Source: Candidatus Uhrbacteria bacterium (GTDB lineage Bacteria > Patescibacteriota > Patescibacteriia > JACQRZ01). From it: a stretch of DNA of 64,000 nt. The notes under the pieces are model-generated. The model had not been told where the DNA came from and searched no databases. It was given only the letters and a program-made list of their open reading frames with translations. Shown here one piece after another: positions 28,027 to 38,083 of the stretch; the stretch's first letter is position 1; every line of letters starts with the position of its first letter. The stretch covers positions 79,473-143,472 of the forward strand of contig JACQSC010000002.1 in NCBI GenBank assembly GCA_016206155.1, given 5' to 3'. The position numbers and the translations under genes are program-made.

Positions 28027-29514
28027 GTGAAGTATTCTTACAGATCACCATACAAAGAAAAACCACAGACGCCGGTCATTGCGGTTTTTGCAGAGCAGAA
28101 GATGAGTCATCCTTTTTTGCGCACGTTAGATGAGCAGGATGCGCGCTATGTGTCAGCCATTCTCAAGGATTTTAAGGCAGGGTGGCTTGAGATGGATGCT
28201 GTTTCACTACCTTCGCGGCCTGCGGCGCATGCCATTCTCCTGGGCTTGGGGGACAGGAAGAAATGGACGCACAGAAAGATGTATCTGGCAACTCGCAAAC
28301 TTGTGCAGTATGTAAAAGGCGCAAAGGAAAAGACATGCTCTGTTCTGCTGGACGATGTTAAAATTCCCGGTCTTTCTCTTGAGCATACTGCGGAGCGTTT
28401 TGCGCGGGAGGCGGAGCTTGCGCAGTACGAATTTAACCACTATCGCGAGACGCCAAAAGAGGGCTGGCCGAGTATAGATGAGATTTTTGTATACACAAAA
28501 GTTTCCAGCGCCTCGCGCTCAGTGCAAAAGGCATTGGAGCGGGGAGGGATCGTTGGTGAGCAGGTTAACCGTTCTCGGGAGCTTGCGAATATTCCCGGCG
28601 GCGACATGACACCCAAGCGCCTAGCCGCGGCCGCGCAGGAGGATGGGAAACGGTTTGGATTTACCGTTACTGTGCTTGGCGAGCCTGAGATGAAGAAACT
28701 TAAGATGGGAGCGCTGCTTGGAGTTTCACAAGGAAGCGACGAGGAGGCGCAACTCATCGTCATGGAGTATCGCGGCGGCGCCAAATCGAAAAAGCCAATC
28801 GTGTTTGTCGGCAAGGGGATTACATTTGATACCGGCGGCATCAATTTAAAGCCAACGGGCGCCCTTGATGAGATGCACATGGATATGAGTGGCGGCGCCG
28901 CAGTTCTTGCGGCGCTGGGGGCAATTGCTCGGCTCAAGCTCCGGGTGAATGTTGTCGGTATTATTCCGGCGGTTGAGAATATGCCATCGGGATCAAGTTA
29001 TCGTCCGGGGGATATTCTTCGATCCATGTCGGGGAAAACGATTGAAGTGTGTAATACCGATGCGGAAGGGCGCGTCGTGCTCGCAGACGCACTCACGTAT
29101 GCCGAGCGTTATGATCCCTCTCTTGTTGTTGATTGCGCGACGCTTACCGGTGCGTGCATGGTTGCGCTCGCCCGCTATGCTTCGGGATTATTCTCCTATG
29201 ATGAGTCACTGGTGTCTCGCCTGCGAACCTATGGAGAACAGTCAGGCGATTATCTCTGGCCGTTGCCATTGTGGGAAGAATATGAGGAAGAGCTCAAGAG
29301 TAAGGTTGCCGATCTTTCAAACGCAAATAAGACACGCAATGCCGGCGCAACAAACGGCGCTTTGTTCTTGGCGCAATTTGCCAAAAAGTTTCCTCGTTGG
29401 GCGCATGTTGATATTGCGTCAAGCATGACAACGGCGCCGGATATGTTCCTTGCTGCCGGATCCCGAGGCGCGGCAACGGCGCTGTTTGTTGAGATTGCGC
29501 GGGGCGAATCATAG
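28027..29514 (+). CDS. pepA: leucyl aminopeptidase (M17 family)
   Basis: NTDAEGRVVLADALTYAE and GKGITFDTGG are M17 signatures. GTG start as drawn. Confidence 0.88.
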   Translation: MKYSYRSPYKEKPQTPVIAVFAEQKMSHPFLRTLDEQDARYVSAILKDFKAGWLEMDAVSLPSRPAAHAILLGLGDRKKWTHRKMYLATRKLVQYVKGAKEKTCSVLLDDVKIPGLSLEHTAERFAREAELAQYEFNHYRETPKEGWPSIDEIFVYTKVSSASRSVQKALERGGIVGEQVNRSRELANIPGGDMTPKRLAAAAQEDGKRFGFTVTVLGEPEMKKLKMGALLGVSQGSDEEAQLIVMEYRGGAKSKKPIVFVGKGITFDTGGINLKPTGALDEMHMDMSGGAAVLAALGAIARLKLRVNVVGIIPAVENMPSGSSYRPGDILRSMSGKTIEVCNTDAEGRVVLADALTYAERYDPSLVVDCATLTGACMVALARYASGLFSYDESLVSRLRTYGEQSGDYLWPLPLWEEYEEELKSKVADLSNANKTRNAGATNGALFLAQFAKKFPRWAHVDIASSMTTAPDMFLAAGSRGAATALFVEIARGES

Positions 29515-29601
29515 GTTCCACTTGACGAGTTTTTTTTAGATACTATCATTTTATAGTATCAATAATAATGAGACGTTCGAGGTGAACGTCGACAGATCAG
29601 T

Positions 29602-29808
29602 ATGGATAAGCAATACGTATGCATCGAATGCGGTGAGGAATCAGACATTCAGGGACCATGTCCAATGTGCGGTCTTCCAATGATTCCCGCGCACGATGAG
29701 GACACTGACGACGATACGTCGTTTGATGACCTTAATGACAGTGCAACTGCGGATGATGAGGAAGAGGAAGAAGAGGGAGAGGCAAGCTATAATCCCTATG
29801 AGGAATAG
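29602..29808 (+). CDS. small zinc-ribbon protein with a poly-acidic tail
   Basis: CIECG…CPMCG are two CxxC pairs. The C-terminus is DDEEEEEEGE. Confidence 0.45.
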   Translation: MDKQYVCIECGEESDIQGPCPMCGLPMIPAHDEDTDDDTSFDDLNDSATADDEEEEEEGEASYNPYEE

Positions 29809-29927
29809 TACAACGACATACGCATCTGGCGTATTGCTTCGTTGCGACCTCCGGTGCTCGACACCGTACCACCAGAGTACGCCTTACTCCGCTTCTCGGT
29901 CGCGCCTCGCACTACATCCAGCTGCAT

Positions 29928-30932
29928 ATGTCACATAGTACTTATAAAATCAAGTGCGTTTTGAATCCCCACCACATCGTTGATGGGGATTCTTGTTATG
30001 ATATATGCATTGTCGGCGCCGGCGCTGCCGGTTTGTCTGCGGGTATCTTTGCGGCGCGCCGCGGCTATACCGTTGGCATTATCTCGACAGATTATGGCGG
30101 TCAGACCGCATCTACGGCCGAGATCGAAAACTACCCCGGTTGCGGGAAGGTTGAAGGTCCCGATCTGGCGCGCGCATTTTTTCGTGAAGCCGTAGGATTC
30201 GGCTGCAGTTTTATCAGCGATCGAATCAATGGTATTACACGCAATGGGACAATCATGCTTGAGGGAGTACAAGGGCAGTATCGATGCCGCGCATTGATTG
30301 TCGCAACCGGTAAATCGCCGCGTCGGCTTGGCGCTGCAGGCGAGCAAGAATTTTTCGGTCACGGCGTGCAGTATGCAGGCGCTTTTGATCCGGAACCATT
30401 TCGGGGTTGTCACGTTCTCGTTGTTGGCGGTGGGAATTCAGCGCTTGATGCCGCGGTACGCGCAGCGCTGTCGGCATCACAGGTGACACTTGTTCATCGC
30501 CGTGATCAGCTATCTGGGGAACGCATACTTCAGGATCGCCTACATGCCGCGCAAAATATTTCTGTGCGACTCGACACAACGGTTGCCGCAATTGAGGGTG
30601 GCACGCGCGTGGAGTCAGCGCGTGTTATGGACAGTTATGGAGCAGAGCAGGTGATCTCTGTCGGTGCGGTTATCGTAGCTGTTGGATTTGAAATGCGCTC
30701 TGGATGGGTTTGCGGCGCTGTGTCATGCACAGAAGATGGCCGAGTGCGTATTGATGATTCGTGCCACACGAGCGCGGAGGACATATTTGCCGCCGGGGAT
30801 TGTACGACAGTCCCATTTCAGCAAATTGTCATATCAGCAGGGGAGGGAGCAAAAGCCGCACTCAGCGCCACGCGCTATCTCGACGGAAAAGACGGGAAAC
30901 GCTCCATACGCACCGATTGGGGATATGTGTAA
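29928..30932 (+). CDS. FAD-dependent pyridine nucleotide-disulfide oxidoreductase, thioredoxin-reductase-like
   Basis: DICIVGAGAAGLSAG FAD-binding motif and a second Rossmann motif VLVVGGGNSALDAA. C-terminus FAAGDCT. A canonical CxxC redox pair was not clearly seen. Confidence 0.8.
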   Translation: MSHSTYKIKCVLNPHHIVDGDSCYDICIVGAGAAGLSAGIFAARRGYTVGIISTDYGGQTASTAEIENYPGCGKVEGPDLARAFFREAVGFGCSFISDRINGITRNGTIMLEGVQGQYRCRALIVATGKSPRRLGAAGEQEFFGHGVQYAGAFDPEPFRGCHVLVVGGGNSALDAAVRAALSASQVTLVHRRDQLSGERILQDRLHAAQNISVRLDTTVAAIEGGTRVESARVMDSYGAEQVISVGAVIVAVGFEMRSGWVCGAVSCTEDGRVRIDDSCHTSAEDIFAAGDCTTVPFQQIVISAGEGAKAALSATRYLDGKDGKRSIRTDWGYV

Positions 30933-31005
30933 CAAACGGCTTCTGGCGTATTATTGTAGGTATGGTATGCTATCAATGTATAAACCGGTTTATACATTGA
31001 CGAAA

Positions 31006-31030
31006 CCCTAAACCCTAAACCCTAAACCCT
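31006..31030. repeat. (CCCTAAA)x3+CCCT tract abutting the start codon of the YtxH-like gene
   Basis: ccctaaaccctaaaccctaaaccct immediately followed by ATG at 31031. Confidence 0.9.
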
Positions 31031-31381
31031 ATGAAAGGAACACTTAAAGGAGCGGCGCTTGGCGCGCTCGTAGCATCCGCCGCAGCGCTTCTCCTCGCTC
31101 CAAAGTCAGGAAGAAAAACACGCGCTGACTTAAAAAAATTGCTTGATACCGCATCGACAGATTTGCAAAAAAAAGCAAAAAAAATACAGAATCTCTCACA
31201 AGCGCAATATGAAGAGCTCTTTCTTCATTCACTTGCCCAAGCCGCGCGAAAAAAAGAAGAAATCGTTGATGTGCTTGGCGATGTTGCCGCAGTGCTGAAG
31301 AAGGGATGGAGCGATGTGCGCCAGGAGCTAAAAACCTCAAAGCCGGCAAAGACTACGGGAGGTGCAAAAAAGAAAAAGTAG
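31031..31381 (+). CDS. YtxH-like (DUF948) stress protein
   Basis: GAALGALVASAAALLLAPKSGRKTRADLKK matches the YtxH N-terminal motif. Lys-rich helical remainder. Confidence 0.7.
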   Translation: MKGTLKGAALGALVASAAALLLAPKSGRKTRADLKKLLDTASTDLQKKAKKIQNLSQAQYEELFLHSLAQAARKKEEIVDVLGDVAAVLKKGWSDVRQELKTSKPAKTTGGAKKKK

Positions 31382-31383
31382 GT

Positions 31384-31815
31384 ATGGCATTTTCACGCAC
31401 CGACGAAGGACAGTCCAGCGCCATCACCTGTGAGGGTCCTGCATCGCGGGATGTGTTTGTTGATGCGGCTCACGGTTTGTTTGATGTGATCGCTGATGGC
31501 AGCAAGATTCGCGGGGATGAGCGCCAGGAGATTGTTGTTCAGGCAGAGGATATGCAGCGCTTGTTCGCAGCATGGCTTGGCGAGCTTATTGAGCGTGTGG
31601 CGCAGACAGGGATGGTGTACAGCGATTTTGAGGTTTTTTCAATCCAAAAAGGCGGACCAAAGCAGTATGTGCTCACAGGCGCGGTCTATGGCGAGGTCGG
31701 AGATCCCAAGCGCCATACGATTCGCCCGAGTGTTACCCTTGATCAGAATCACGTCGCATTTTCACAGAGCGATACGCGTTCATCCGGCTCATTTAAGGTT
31801 CGCTGGAGCGATTGA
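31384..31815 (+). CDS. hypothetical protein, weak archease-like pattern
   Basis: ATG at 31384. DVFVDAAHGLFDVIADGSKI and LFAAWLGELI loosely resemble archease helices. The metal-binding HTAD motif is absent. Confidence 0.5.
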   Translation: MAFSRTDEGQSSAITCEGPASRDVFVDAAHGLFDVIADGSKIRGDERQEIVVQAEDMQRLFAAWLGELIERVAQTGMVYSDFEVFSIQKGGPKQYVLTGAVYGEVGDPKRHTIRPSVTLDQNHVAFSQSDTRSSGSFKVRWSD

Positions 31816-32351
31816 ACCTACAAACAATGATTGACATTACTTTTTTTCTCAATCGGCTGATTTCCATTGGAGCAATTATCGGTTTTGCGATCATTGCCCA
31901 TTGGACAATCCTGATCCTTTCTCATCGATGGGTTCGGTTTGCAAACAATACATTGCGCGTATTTCGCGGTGATGACCCTCGGATTGGGACGCTGTCGACG
32001 CTCATTCGATTTGCGGGAGGTGTCGGCATTTTTTTTGTCGCAGGTTCGATGATTCTAAAGGAGCTATCAATCGATATTACTCCCCTCTTGACAGGCGCCG
32101 GAATTCTTGGTCTTATTATCACGTTCAGTCTTCAGACACTCCTCAAAGATGTTGTTGCGGGCGTGTTTATCCTCTTTGAATCGCAGTACAGCCCAGGAAC
32201 ACAGGTGACGCTCAATGATATCTCCGGTGTTGTCGAACGTCTATCGCTGCGCTCAACAGTACTCAAGGACGCCGATGGAAACCATGTCTATATTCCGAAT
32301 GGGTCGATAGGCGTGGTGCGTGTGATATCAAAGAAAAACAGGGAGAATTAA
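31812..32351 (+). CDS. small-conductance mechanosensitive channel (MscS family)
   Basis: ILGLIITFSLQTLLKDVVAGVFILFESQYSPGTQV…GVVERLSLRSTVLKDADGNHVYIPNGS matches the MscS pore-helix and beta-domain signature. TTG start at 31812 or ATG at 31827. Confidence 0.7.
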   Translation: MNLQTMIDITFFLNRLISIGAIIGFAIIAHWTILILSHRWVRFANNTLRVFRGDDPRIGTLSTLIRFAGGVGIFFVAGSMILKELSIDITPLLTGAGILGLIITFSLQTLLKDVVAGVFILFESQYSPGTQVTLNDISGVVERLSLRSTVLKDADGNHVYIPNGSIGVVRVISKKNREN

Positions 32352-32361
32352 CGGCCGAAGC

Positions 32362-33855
32362 ATGCAATACGGGAGAAAAGAAACCCGACTCTACGAAATG
32401 ATACCAGGCGCGCTCGTCTGGTTTACTTTTTTTGTTGCGATCGCCATATCGATTGCAAAACCGCTGTGGGCGATTTATGGCATCATTCTCTTTGATTTGT
32501 ATTGGCTTTTTCGTGTCGTGTATTTTCTAATTTTTGTGATCTATAGCTGGAATCGCTATCGCAGATCAATTCGGATCCGCTGGTTTGAGCGATTGAAGAG
32601 TGAGAAAAAAGAGTGGGGGAGCGTGTACCACCTCATTTTTTTGCCGATGTCATCAGAGCCGTTCGCAATTGTCGAGGAAACGTTTCGCGCGCTGATCTCT
32701 TCGCAGTATCCGAAGGATAAGTTTATTGTCGTTCTTGCGGGCGAAGGGCGATGTGAAGAACACTTTCAATCCATTGCAAAGGAGATCGCCAAGCGATACG
32801 GGGATGCGTTTTATCGGCTGCTCATCACCGTACATTCCGACAATATCCCGGGTGAGATTATCTCGAAGGGGTCGAATCTTCACTATGCGGCCGGCGAGGC
32901 GAAGGGGCTGATTGATCGGCTCGACATTCCCTATGAGCGGGTGATCGTATCAACGTTTGACATTGATACCGTTGTTCACCCCGAATACTTCTCCTGTCTT
33001 GCTCATACGTACTTGAGTCAGGCAGACCCGACGCGTTCAAGCTATCAGCCGGTGGTGCTCTATAACAACACGATGTGGGATTCACCCGCGCCGATGCGCC
33101 TTGCCGCATTGAGTGCGACGTTTTGGCTCTTGACTGAATTGGCGCGGCCCGATCGTCTGTTTACATTTTCATCACACAGCATGAGCTTTAAAGCGCTGGT
33201 CGATGTAGGTTTTTGGGAAAATGACATGATCAATGAAGATTCGCGGATTTTTCTTCAGTGCTATCTTCACTATCACGGCCGCTACTCGGTTGTGCCGCTT
33301 TACATCCCCGTTTCCATGGATACGGTTCTGGCGCCGACCCTTCCGCGGAGTCTCGTCAATCTCTACAAACAGCAGCGCCGTTGGGCGTGGGGGGTTGAAC
33401 ACTTTCCCTATCTCTGTCACGCCTTTCTTCATGATAGGGCAATTCCGCTGCGCAGTAAAATCTATCGGTTATGGCTGCAAACTGAGGGAATGTATACATG
33501 GGCAACCGCTCCCATTATCATTCTGATCTTGGGATACCTTCCGCTTCTTCTCGCTGATGACGTTGTGAAAGAAACCGTTATCGCGCAGAACGCGCCGTAT
33601 ATTCTTGCGTGGCTCATGTATTTTAGCATGATTGGTATGTTCGTCCTTGGACTTCTTTCATTTTTTTTGCTTCCTCCGCGCCCCGAACGGCACGATCCGT
33701 ATAAATTTTTGTACATGGTTGCCCAGTGGGTGCTGCTCCCGGTTACCATTATTTTGTTCAGCGCCCTGCCAGCGATTGACGCGCAAACACGGCTGATGAT
33801 CGGGAAGTACTTGGGCAGCTTTAATGTCACTGAAAAAGCGCGAAAGGATCATTGA
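32362..33855 (+). CDS. membrane glycosyltransferase family 2, processive type with a QxxRW motif
   Basis: N-terminal TM helices, a GT-A core, and YKQQRRWAWG (the QxxRW motif of processive beta-glycosyl synthases). C-terminal TM bundle. Confidence 0.8.
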   Translation: MQYGRKETRLYEMIPGALVWFTFFVAIAISIAKPLWAIYGIILFDLYWLFRVVYFLIFVIYSWNRYRRSIRIRWFERLKSEKKEWGSVYHLIFLPMSSEPFAIVEETFRALISSQYPKDKFIVVLAGEGRCEEHFQSIAKEIAKRYGDAFYRLLITVHSDNIPGEIISKGSNLHYAAGEAKGLIDRLDIPYERVIVSTFDIDTVVHPEYFSCLAHTYLSQADPTRSSYQPVVLYNNTMWDSPAPMRLAALSATFWLLTELARPDRLFTFSSHSMSFKALVDVGFWENDMINEDSRIFLQCYLHYHGRYSVVPLYIPVSMDTVLAPTLPRSLVNLYKQQRRWAWGVEHFPYLCHAFLHDRAIPLRSKIYRLWLQTEGMYTWATAPIIILILGYLPLLLADDVVKETVIAQNAPYILAWLMYFSMIGMFVLGLLSFFLLPPRPERHDPYKFLYMVAQWVLLPVTIILFSALPAIDAQTRLMIGKYLGSFNVTEKARKDH

Positions 33856-34034
33856 CCTTCACGCAGTACCTTAACGAAAAAGCCTATGATTTTTGCACGC
33901 TCCTTGCCGTTCGCCCCACCATGTCCTCATCGTACCAACAGTACGACTGTGGGATGGTGGGACTCCACGACTTCGGATCGTATCAAAAATCATACATTTT
34001 TTCTTGTTAACGCACCACGCAAAGGTCAATAGCT

Positions 34035-35132
34035 ATGCCAAAGCTGGTTGTCAGTCTTGTTACGTATAACAGTAAAAACACCCTTGCGCGCTGTTTGGAG
34101 AGCGTTGCCAATCAGACATTTCGCGATTTCGAACTCATATGTCGCGACAATCATTCATCTGACGGCAGTGCTGATGGTGTGCGGCGTGCGTACCCTTCCG
34201 CACACTGTATCCAATCGCCGACAAACGAAGGATTTTCTCGAGCGCACAATGCAACGATTCGCGATACGACGTCTCCGTATCTGTGTATTCTCAACGCGGA
34301 TCTTATTCTTGATCCGTCCTATTTTGAGGAATGTGTTTCTTTTCTTGATGCGCATCATGGGGCGGCAGCAGTTTCCGGGCTTCTGGTGAAAGTACATTCA
34401 TTGACCGAGCCGGTTCATTCTGATACCATAGATTCCTCGGGGATCGTTCTTTTTCGCACGGGCCGCGCCGCTAATGCAGACGCAGGTAAATCCATTGAGG
34501 CGTTTAAGAAAATAACACAACGCATCGGTGTTCCCGCAACTGCGGCCGTCTATCGTCGCGCAGCGCTTGAGGATATTTCGTTGAAGATTTGTACATGTCA
34601 GCGGATGAGGCACTCGCAGTCGGATGGAGTGCAAGGCGGCAGCGATGAGCGGAGTAAGGCGTATATGGAAATACGTCGTCGAGCACCGGAGCTGGCAACG
34701 CAGCAATCCGCCGACTGCGAGTGCCGTATCGAATACTTTGACGAGGATTTTTTCATGTACAAGGAAGATGTCGATGTGGCTTTGCGCTTGACCCTTCGCG
34801 GATGGCGCTCCTATGCAATTCCCACATCACGCGCGTACCATATGCGCAGCACCGATGAAAACATTTTAAAAAGACCCTCGCCATTTATTAATCGTCTGTC
34901 ATATCGAAACCACTGGTTTGTTTTATTAAAAGATCTCCCTCGTTCCTTCTGGCTCCGTAATGGATTCCGGATTCTCTTTTTTGAAAGCGCAAAGCTTTTG
35001 TATCTCCTCATGCGCGAACCGAGCACGCTTGCAGCGCTTTTCGATGTCCTGAAGCTACGAGAAAAGATGCTTCAAAAAAGAGCCTTCATAATGGAAAGGG
35101 CAAAAGTTAAAAGCATAAAGTTAAAAGCATAA
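34035..35132 (+). CDS. glycosyltransferase family 2
   Basis: VVSLVTYNSKNTLARCLESVANQTFRDFELICRDNHSSDGS is a classic GT2 N-terminal motif. The last codons are encoded by a 14-mer tandem repeat. Confidence 0.8.
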   Translation: MPKLVVSLVTYNSKNTLARCLESVANQTFRDFELICRDNHSSDGSADGVRRAYPSAHCIQSPTNEGFSRAHNATIRDTTSPYLCILNADLILDPSYFEECVSFLDAHHGAAAVSGLLVKVHSLTEPVHSDTIDSSGIVLFRTGRAANADAGKSIEAFKKITQRIGVPATAAVYRRAALEDISLKICTCQRMRHSQSDGVQGGSDERSKAYMEIRRRAPELATQQSADCECRIEYFDEDFFMYKEDVDVALRLTLRGWRSYAIPTSRAYHMRSTDENILKRPSPFINRLSYRNHWFVLLKDLPRSFWLRNGFRILFFESAKLLYLLMREPSTLAALFDVLKLREKMLQKRAFIMERAKVKSIKLKA

Positions 35133-35140
35133 AGTTAAAA
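35099..35140. repeat. 14-mer tandem repeat (AAAGTTAAAAGCAT x~3) spanning the GT2 stop codon
   Basis: aaagttaaaagcat aaagttaaaagcat aaagttaaaag. It encodes …KVKSIKLKA*. Confidence 0.85.
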
Positions 35141-35145
35141 GTTCA

Positions 35146-35964
35146 ATGCCTGACATCTCCCTGATTATTTTGAATTTCAATAATGCTGGCTTGACGCGCG
35201 AGTGCGTTAAGAATTTTAAAAATCACAGCACCGCTGCGACGCTTGAAATAATCGTGGTTGATAATAGTCGCGACACCGCGCTTGCGGAGACGCTTCGCAT
35301 GCGGTATCCCGATGTCGTGTATATTCCAATGAAGGCTAATGTTGGTTTTGCGCGAGGGAACAATGCCGGCATTGCGCGCGCGACAGGGCGGTACATAGCG
35401 ATTGTTAACTACGATATCACCCCTCTGCCCGGAGCGTTGGATGGGTTCATGCGATATATGGACGAGCGCCCCGATGTCGGTATTGCGGCGCCGAAGCTCT
35501 ACAACCCGGACGGATCAGTTCAACAATCATATTACCGTTTTCATACCCTCCTCACGCCATTCTATCGCCGTCTTTTTGTCGGGCGTTTTCAATTCGCGCA
35601 ACGAAATCTTGATTCCTTCCTGATGCGCGATGCAGACATGAGCAAGCCGCAAGATGTGGACTGGGTGCTTGGCGCTTTTTTGTTTGTGCGCAGGGAAGCG
35701 ATTGAACACGTTGGAGCATTCGATGAACGTTTTTTTCTGTATTTTGAAGATACGGATTGGTGTCGGCGTTTTCATATCTCCGGCTGGCGTGTGCGCTACC
35801 TTCCGCATATTGGCCTTCTTCACTTGCATCTCCGCGATTCCGCGCATACAATGGGAATACGGGCTCTTCTTCATAAAACAACCCGAACCCACATTATAAG
35901 CGCGTGGAGATATTTTTTGAAACAGTGGCGCGGGGGATATAAGGTAAATAGGGAGGCATCATGA
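35146..35964 (+). CDS. glycosyltransferase family 2
   Basis: ISLIILNFNNAGLTRECVKN…VVDNSRD and a DxD-like region. Confidence 0.8.
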   Translation: MPDISLIILNFNNAGLTRECVKNFKNHSTAATLEIIVVDNSRDTALAETLRMRYPDVVYIPMKANVGFARGNNAGIARATGRYIAIVNYDITPLPGALDGFMRYMDERPDVGIAAPKLYNPDGSVQQSYYRFHTLLTPFYRRLFVGRFQFAQRNLDSFLMRDADMSKPQDVDWVLGAFLFVRREAIEHVGAFDERFFLYFEDTDWCRRFHISGWRVRYLPHIGLLHLHLRDSAHTMGIRALLHKTTRTHIISAWRYFLKQWRGGYKVNREAS

Positions 35965-38081
35965 GCAGAAAAAGAAAGAAAAAAAAATCTACCATTGAGG
36001 AGGGTGGCGTTCCCACGAGCGATACTGAGGAAGAGGATGAGCTCGAGCAAGCGATCCAAGAAGCGGAGAGCGACGACCAAGATCAACAAGGCGGTATCCT
36101 GGAACAGGGGCCGTCAGAGGAACAATTTTTTGCTCCGCAGATTTATCGCGCGCATACGCCGCTGCTTCACCGCATCATTCCTGTTTTCATTGCGGCAATT
36201 GTCGTTATTGTCGTGATCGGCACAGGGGCATCGATTTTTGTTGCATCCCAGCTTCTCAGCGCAAAGAACGAGTCGTCACGCGTGCGCGCATCATTCGAGA
36301 GCATTGAGAAGAGCGTTGGGAACCTTGATTTTCGCGGCGCGCTTTCGGAATTTCCAAAGGGAGAGCAATCGATCCGCTCGCTGATTACGCGCGTTGATCG
36401 TTTCTCATTCTTGACATGGGTTCCGGTTATTGGCAAGCGTATCAGCGAGTCGCAAAAAGGGTTGCGCGTTCTCGTTAGTTATTTTACGGGAGGGCAGCGA
36501 TTGCTTGCCGTAGTTGAGCAGATAGGGGGAGTTATTTTTACAAAAGGCGATAAACCGTTCGAGCTCTATATGCGGACGCTTTCGCGTTCTGATAAAGCGG
36601 CGATTCTTGAAGCGCTCGTAAAGGCCGTGCCCACTATCCATGGCGTTCAAGCGCAACTTCGCCTTGCCGGCCTTGAACTCGACGCGCTTGATTTGTCGGT
36701 ACTTTCCAAGGATTTGGTTGCCGCACTACGCGAGACGAAGATTGGCGGGGCCATTATCCAGTCGCTCATAGAAAAATGGCTTCCGCTTGCCGAGGTGCTC
36801 CCTTCATTTTTGGGTTATCCCGATGAGAAAACCTATCTTATTCTTCTTCAGGATACATCGGAGGTGCGCGCGACAGGAGGATTTATTTCCCACTACGGAA
36901 TACTGAAGCTGCACAATGGCGAAATTACGCTCTTAAAAACCGATAATGTTTACAATCTCGACGATCGATCGTCGGGGAAACTTTCTCTTGCGCCACCCGA
37001 TCCGATGAGCCGCCACTTCCCGCGCCCTTTGGGGCAATGGTTCTTGCGAGATTCGAATTGGGCGCCGGACTTTTCTCAGAGCGCTCGGCAAGCGGAGATT
37101 TTCTACGCGCTTGAGGGTGGCAGGGAGAAGATTGATGGTGTGATTGCGGCAACACCGGAATTGGTGCGCTCGCTTCTCCGATATACCGGCCCGATACGCG
37201 TTGAAGGCCGTGACTATGCGGCAGACACGCTCCTTTCGAGCCTTGAGTTCGAAGTGCGGGAGGGACACTACAAACGAGGGATTGAGGAGGGAAAGCGAAA
37301 GGAGATTTTTGGTCAGCTTGTTGCGCTTATTGGCGAGAAGCTCCTTGAGCTTCCCCTCACGCGCTGGCTTGAGCTCTATACAACGCTTGAAACGCGACTG
37401 AACGAAAAACACGTCCTGATCTATAGCCACGATCCGCGGATGCAGGCATTTGCCCGCGAACGCAACTGGACCGGAGAGATGCGCCCCACAAAGGGGGACT
37501 TCCTGATGGTTGCGGATACGACATTTGCGACATTGAAAACGGAGAGCGTTATGGACAAGCGGATCAATTATTCGATGCGGGAGGATCCCGATGGTTTTCT
37601 TGTTGGCAGGCTCGATTTGACGTATACGAACCGAGCAGTCTTTACCGACGTGACGACAACCTATCGTGACTGGATTCGCGTGTATGTTCCAGACGGAAGC
37701 ACGCTTGTAAAGGCGACAGGCATTCAGGGGAGTGACGATCCGGCAAGTCTTGGGACACTTGAGGTTACTAAAAAGTATGATAAACTCGAGTTCGCCGGTT
37801 ATGCATCGGTTGAGCCGCGCCGCACAAAGGTTGTCACGATAGAGTATCGTCTGCCCGATCGGCTCTATAAGCAGGTTCAGGAAGGATCATATTCCCTTCT
37901 CATCCAAAAGCAACCAGGCATCTCCAATCAACGATTTGACGGCGATTTTTCGTTTCTCAAGCCGATTGAATCATACCAACCGTTAGGGTTTTTCAATGTC
38001 CGGCGCGCGGATACGCGACTCTCCATGTTTCATGATTATCGTACCGATCAGGAGATCATTATCACGCTGAAAAAAGAATAA
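35961..38081 (+). CDS. large membrane-anchored extracytoplasmic protein (possibly DUF4012-like)
   Basis: Acidic low-complexity N-terminus, one TM (IIPVFIAAIVVIVVIGTGASIFVA), then a ~600-aa exported domain. It sits in the glycosyltransferase cluster. The family assignment is tentative. Confidence 0.6.
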   Translation: MSRKRKKKKSTIEEGGVPTSDTEEEDELEQAIQEAESDDQDQQGGILEQGPSEEQFFAPQIYRAHTPLLHRIIPVFIAAIVVIVVIGTGASIFVASQLLSAKNESSRVRASFESIEKSVGNLDFRGALSEFPKGEQSIRSLITRVDRFSFLTWVPVIGKRISESQKGLRVLVSYFTGGQRLLAVVEQIGGVIFTKGDKPFELYMRTLSRSDKAAILEALVKAVPTIHGVQAQLRLAGLELDALDLSVLSKDLVAALRETKIGGAIIQSLIEKWLPLAEVLPSFLGYPDEKTYLILLQDTSEVRATGGFISHYGILKLHNGEITLLKTDNVYNLDDRSSGKLSLAPPDPMSRHFPRPLGQWFLRDSNWAPDFSQSARQAEIFYALEGGREKIDGVIAATPELVRSLLRYTGPIRVEGRDYAADTLLSSLEFEVREGHYKRGIEEGKRKEIFGQLVALIGEKLLELPLTRWLELYTTLETRLNEKHVLIYSHDPRMQAFARERNWTGEMRPTKGDFLMVADTTFATLKTESVMDKRINYSMREDPDGFLVGRLDLTYTNRAVFTDVTTTYRDWIRVYVPDGSTLVKATGIQGSDDPASLGTLEVTKKYDKLEFAGYASVEPRRTKVVTIEYRLPDRLYKQVQEGSYSLLIQKQPGISNQRFDGDFSFLKPIESYQPLGFFNVRRADTRLSMFHDYRTDQEIIITLKKE

Positions 38082-38083
38082 TT

